From Ylistrum balloti (lineage: Eukaryota), in the NCBI RefSeq assembly GCF_031769215.1, contig NW_026782609.1:186001-250000 (forward strand): 64,000 nt of DNA, written 5' to 3'. Shown piece by piece: positions 58,741 through 64,000 of this stretch. The position numbers and the translations under genes are program-made. The notes beneath the pieces are model-generated. The model made no database searches and was not told the DNA's origin. It saw only the letters and a program-made list of their open reading frames with translations. Every line of letters starts with the position of its first letter. Positions within the stretch are counted from its first letter, which is position 1.

Positions 58741-60039
58741 TCAACAGATTTTTCTGCTGCTTCAGAGAGGTAGCTATATGTCCTTATCTTGGTCTTTCTA
58801 ACATACAATATCACCATACACTGATATTTTAATTTGATGCCTGGCATCACTCTAAAAGTAAAATTAATTTTGTTTTTTTAATTGATTTAAGTCTGAACTG
58901 AACTAGTTTATTTCCAGTATTACAAAGGATATGTTATATACAGCAATGACAACCTCAAAGTTAATAAGGCCAGTATCACATTCACATGGAAAGGACTGTA
59001 TAATCCAGTATATAGAATCTCGACAGGATGACAATGATTATGTAAACTAAAATAAACTAAATCTCAACATGGAGGGAATGTAACCACTAAATTTAGTGTG
59101 TGATACACTACATCTCAACATGGAGGGAACGTAACCACTAAATTTAGTGTGTAATACACTACATCTCAACATGGAGGGGATCTTAGTGTGTAACTAGTCT
59201 TTAATAATGTATGTTTATGTGTGACATTCTTTCATCATTAAAGAAATTTATGTGCTATTAATGTATATCAGGTAGGATTTACCAGAAGATAGGATACATA
59301 TTATATATATATATATATATAGTGCAAATATGGTTAATTCTCCATGTCCAGAAAACATATGACGTCACTATTGAACGTCATTGTTCATGAAGTCTCAATT
59401 GTATCTATGTACACAATGTAAAACATCTGAAGAAGAAATGAAAGCGCTTATGTTTTACAGCTCATCGAGTTTTCCAGTTTTTCTATTTTTTATATACATA
59501 CCTATATATATATATATATATGTATTGTTTGTCAAATGAAGATTAAAATTCACCAGATTTACATTATCGTTCTTCACTGAATCATTTAAACAAAGTATTA
59601 ATCACCATTTTTTTTTATTTATTGACACAATAAACAGATTATATGAAATAATGGAGATACAATGTAAGATGAACTGGTCACTATACACATTAAACCAGAA
59701 ATTTTAGACATCAGATCTACATTCCAGACACGCTGGTCTCAATACAACAGTACAGGAATGATTTAGGTCCCTCTAGTTTTGTAAGTTGTGGGAGATCATT
59801 ATAGATCAAATAGCACAAACTAAAGAACAAACATATTAAGGGCCCCACAATGTTGTACTTTCTTATTTAACCAACTACTTGTCTTTACATAAAATATACA
59901 CCTTGCTTTGTTGAATGTCCTCGAATTGTGGGTAATCCATACACACAATTGTACTACAACACAATCTGATATAAAGATTAACTACACGCAGTCTAGATTA
60001 CACATTCACCATGTAACCATTTTACAATATACTTGTCTC

Positions 60040-60830
60040 CCATAATACAACTGTCCCCTCCCACAATCCTCTTGTCTCCCACAATACAAATGTCCCCTTC
60101 CACAATCCTCTTGTCGCCCACAATATAACTGTCCCCTCCCACAATCCTCTTGTCTCCCACAATACAACTGTCCCCTCCCACAATCCTCTTGTCTCCCACA
60201 ATACAACTGTCCCCTCCCACAATCCTCTTGTCTCCCACAATACAACTGTCCCCTCCCACAATCCTCTTGTCTCCCACAATACAACTGTCCCCTCCCACAA
60301 TCCTCTTGTCTCCCACAATACAACTGTCCCCTCCCACAATCCTCTTGTCTCCCACAATACAACTGTCCCCTCCCACAATCCTCTTGTCTCCCACAATACA
60401 ACTGTCCCCTCCCACAATCCTCTTGTCTCCCTCAATACAACTGTCCCCTCCTACGATCCTCTTGTCTCCCACAATACAACTGTCCCCTCCCACAATCCTC
60501 TTGTCTCCCACAATATAACTGTCCCCTCCTACGATCCTCTGGTCTCCCACAATACAACTGTCCCCTCCCACAATCCTCGTCTCCTTCTACAGTACTTTGG
60601 TCAACCACAGTCCTCTTGTTGCCTTCTTTAGTACTTTGGTCAACCACAATCCTTGTCTCCTTCTACAGTACTTTGGTCAACCACAATCCTCGTCTCCTTC
60701 TACAGTACTTGGGTCAACCACAATCCTCTTGTTGCCTTCTATAGTACTTGGGTCGTCCACAATCCTCTTGCCACCTTCTACAGTACTTGGGTCATCAACA
60801 ATCTTTCTGTTTCCTCCTACAGTACTTCGG
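60040..60830. repeat. 39-bp tandem repeat and a related ~37-39-bp array downstream of the DPF stop (probable 3' UTR)
   Basis: tcctcttgtctcccacaatacaactgtcccctcccacaa to about 60580, then ccacaatcctcgtctccttctacagtactttggtcaa. Confidence 0.95.
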
Positions 60831-61000
60831 TAAGACACAATCTTCTTATTTCCTTAAATATACATATGTCTAATAAGACATTACAATCCCACAAAACATG
60901 TGTCTACCACAATCCTCTTGTCGCCTTCCTCCACACAGGGTGTGTAACATCAGAACATAATTCTTGTCAGTCTCACCAACAAATATTCCACGACTTCATA

Positions 61001-64000
61001 TCATTGCATCCCTGCTGGTTTCTTCCCACCATGGAATTCTTCAATACACAAATGACAACTCCAATTGCCTGAAAAGAGTAAACCATACACAAATGTAACA
61101 ACACATTTGCCTGAAAAGAGTAAACCATACACAAATGTAACAACACATTGTTGGACAACAAAATGTGGTTCAGTGAGAGATTGGATGAGGTTAATACATG
61201 TAATATTGGAAATACTGGAATCTACTTACACTCTGGAGGTTCAGTGAGAGGTGGATTGAGGCAGTACATGTGGTATTGGGATCTACTCACCCTCTGGGGG
61301 TTCAGTGAGAGGTGGGTTGAGGCAGTACATGTGGTATTGGGATCTACTCACCCTCTGGGGGTTCAGTGAGAGGTGGATTGAGGCAGTACATGTGGTATTG
61401 GGATCTACTTACCCTCTGGAGGTTCAGTGAGAGGTGGATTGAGGCAGTACATGTGGTATTGGGATCTACTTACCTTCTGGGGGTTCAGTGAGAGGTGGGT
61501 TGAGGCAGTACATGTGGTATTGGAAAAACAGGAATCTACTTACCCTCTGGGGGTTAAGTGAGAGGTGGATTGAGGCATTACATGTGGTATTGGGATCTAC
61601 TCACCCTCTGGAGGTTCAGTGAGGGGTGGGTTGAGGCAGTACATGTGGTATTGGGATCTACTTACCCTCTGGGGGTTCAGTGAGAGGTGGGTTGAGGCAG
61701 TACATGTGGTATTGGGATCTACTTACCCTCTGGAGGTTCAGTGAGAGGTGGGTTGAGGCAGTACATGTGGTATTGGGATCTACTTACCCTCTGGGGGTTC
61801 AGTGAGAGGTGGGTTGAGGCAGTACATGTGGTATTGAGGAGTACATGTGGTACTTACTTACCCTCTGGGGGTTCAGTGAGAGGTGGGTTGAGGCAGTACA
61901 TGTGGTGAGATTGGGCAGTACATGTGGTATTGGGATCTTACCCTCTGGGGGTTCAGTGAGAGGTGGGTTGAGGCAGTACATGTGGTATTGGGATCTACTT
62001 ACCCTCTGGGGGTTCAGTGAGAGGTGGGTTGAGGCAGTACATGTGGTATTGGGATCTACTTACCCTCTGGGGGTTCAGTGAGAGGTGGGTTGAGGCAGTA
62101 CATGTGGTATCCCCTGTCACAGTCATCACAAAACAGCAGCTGCTCCTGTCGTGTACAAAACAAATATATTAAAACCAATCCCTTACTAAATGTATAAAAT
62201 GTAAAACGAGAACGTGTGACATTCAACGAATAGGAAAAATACCTGTCAATGAACAATGTAGTGTCAGAAATTCAACTGATATCTGTAATATATGTTAAGG
62301 TTAACATTTACACCTGGTACACAAACCAGTGTATACTTAAATCATTGTCAAAGGTGTCACACAGTCCACAGGATTTACACCTGGTACACAAACCAGTGTA
62401 TACTTATATCATTGTCAAAGGTGTCACACAGTCCACAGGATTTACACCTGGTACACGAACCAGTGTTTACTTACATCATTGTCAAAGGTGTCACACAGTC
62501 CACAGGATTTACACCTGGTACATGAACCAGTGTATTCTTACATCATTGTCAGAGGTGTCACAAAGTCCACAGGATTTACACCTGGTACATGAACCAGTGT
62601 ATTCTTACATCATTGTCAAAGGTGTCACACAGTCCACAGGATTTACACCTGGTACACGAACCAGTGTATTCTTACATCATTGTCAGAGGTGTCACAAAGT
62701 CCACAGGATTTACACCTGGTACACAAACCAGTGTATACTTACATCATTGTCAGAGGTGTCACACAGTCCACAGGATTTACACCTGGTACACAAACCAGTG
62801 TATACTTACATCATTGTCAGAGGTGTCACACAGTCCACAGGATTTACACCTGGTACACAAACCAGTGTATACTTACATCATTGTCAGAGGTGTCACACAG
62901 TCCACAGGATTTACACCTGGTACACAAACCAGTGTATACTTACATCATTGTCAAAGGTGTCACAAAGTCCACAGGATTTACACCTGGTACACGAACCAGT
63001 GTATACTTAAGTCAATGTCAGAGGTGTCACACAGTCCACAGGATTTACACCTGGTACACAAACCAGTGTATACTTAAGTCAATGTCAGAGGTGTCACACA
63101 GTCCACAGGATTTACACCTGGTACACAAACCAGTGTATACTCAAGTCAATGTCAGAGGTGTCACACAGTCCACAGGATTTACACCTGGTACACAAACCAG
63201 TGTATACTTACATCATTGTCAGAGGTGCCACACAGTCCACAGGATTTACACTCAATACACTGCCAAGGATATTTCTTCACAGACACGATCATATTGTTGG
63301 TGAACTGCAGACAAGTTGGATGACCTGACAAAGAAGACATATCAATTTGATTCACTGAGTGATAAGACCTTTATAACAAGAGTTGTTTAAGAACAACGTA
63401 GCACACTTATTGATGACATATTTCATATCAATACAACCCCTTTTGGACCCCATACATATGAAAAACATTGTTCAACATATTGCTAATGATTCATATTAAT
63501 GCTTGAACTATTTAATTATCAGCTGTGTATTGACATCTTTGACCCAGTACTGCTTATATATCTTTAACATTTTAAGTTGGGATGCCCTCATTGCTAGAGT
63601 GACTAAATAAGTCCACCCTATTCCCTAATAAACAGGCTATAAACCATTAAATAAAGGGCCATAACTCTATGTAAAGCAAGGTACAAAGCCTCATTAGTGT
63701 CACACACCAAACAATATTTGATTTAGGTGGGAACAGTGTATAGGCATGTATCCATTGAAAAGCTGCAGTCATAGTCTTAACAGGAATGAACCCAGTGATT
63801 ACGATATATCAAATTTACTTTCTCAGATTTATTTAAAGTGAAGTACCGCCTGTTTAAAGTACTGACTGTTTAATAGGTTAAATGATGACAGTATTTACCT
63901 GATCTTCCACAGTCACTACAGGAAACTAACTCCTCTGGCTGATTACTCTTTTTGTTCTCCAAGGAGTCCCCCAGACAGAAGTCACAATAGTTATTGGCAG
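61001..64000 (-). CDS. DPF2: DPF/d4-family (ubi-d4/requiem, BAF45) double-PHD protein, last four exons; gene continues off the right edge
   Basis: Exons 64000-63899 ([11 protein letters not shown]...[12 protein letters not shown]), 63324-63212 (GHPTCLQF...[18 protein letters not shown]), 62145-62064 ([27 protein letters not shown]) and 61068-61001 ([12 protein letters not shown]...MQ*). The DPF1/2/3 paralog cannot be resolved; probably the single invertebrate d4 gene. Confidence 0.93.
61150..62063 (-). repeat. 61-bp array made of the DPF exon 3' end plus 5' splice site
   Basis: Minus-strand unit TACCACATGTACTGCCTCAACCCACCTCTCACTGAACCCCCAGAGG|gtaagtagatcccaa. Confidence 0.97.
62305..63211 (-). 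repeat. 67-bp array made of the DPF exon 3' end plus 5' splice site
   Basis: Minus-strand unit TGTAAATCCTGTGGACTGTGTGACACCTCTGACAATGAT|gtaagtatacactggtttgtgtaccagg. Confidence 0.97.

Noticed and set aside
55426-58801. Many 60-229-aa ORFs with repeated peptides
   Set aside because: Products of the 38-, 55- and 21-bp satellites downstream of the POLG2 stop.
59993-60647. 192-aa GGDSCIVGDKRIV repeat protein and SPTIQLSPPTILL mucin-like ORF
   Set aside because: A 39-bp unit that is open in several frames on both strands by composition; it lies downstream of the DPF stop with no unique coding flank.
61065-63303. Long plus-strand Cys/His-rich ORFs and repeated [13 protein letters not shown] minus-strand ORFs as extra zinc fingers
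   Set aside because: They are translations of the junction-derived arrays. The copies contain only part of each exon, lack acceptors and hit stops, so they are not additional PHD exons.

Overview
Eukaryotic genomic DNA: AT-rich, intron-rich, with GT-AG introns. Protein similarity and repeat style suggest a bivalve mollusc (inference). Gene order: the first coding exon of PKA regulatory subunit type I (-); a complete 16-exon LENG8/THP3-family gene (+); an uncharacterised multi-exon gene (-, about 23.3-36.3 kb) with satellite-filled introns; a complete RPSA gene (-) with a 5'TOP start and three H/ACA snoRNA copies in intron 2; POLG2 (+), head-to-head with RPSA; and the last four exons of a DPF/d4 double-PHD gene (-). 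About a quarter of the window is tandem repeat. Most notable: several arrays and short duplications are copies of real exon-intron junctions, giving stacks of decoy splice sites in DPF, LENG8 and POLG2. The RPSA snoRNAs share a 5' hairpin predicted to guide the 18S pseudouridine equivalent to human Psi1692, but carry two different 3' hairpins. All exon boundaries were read by hand and lack transcript support.
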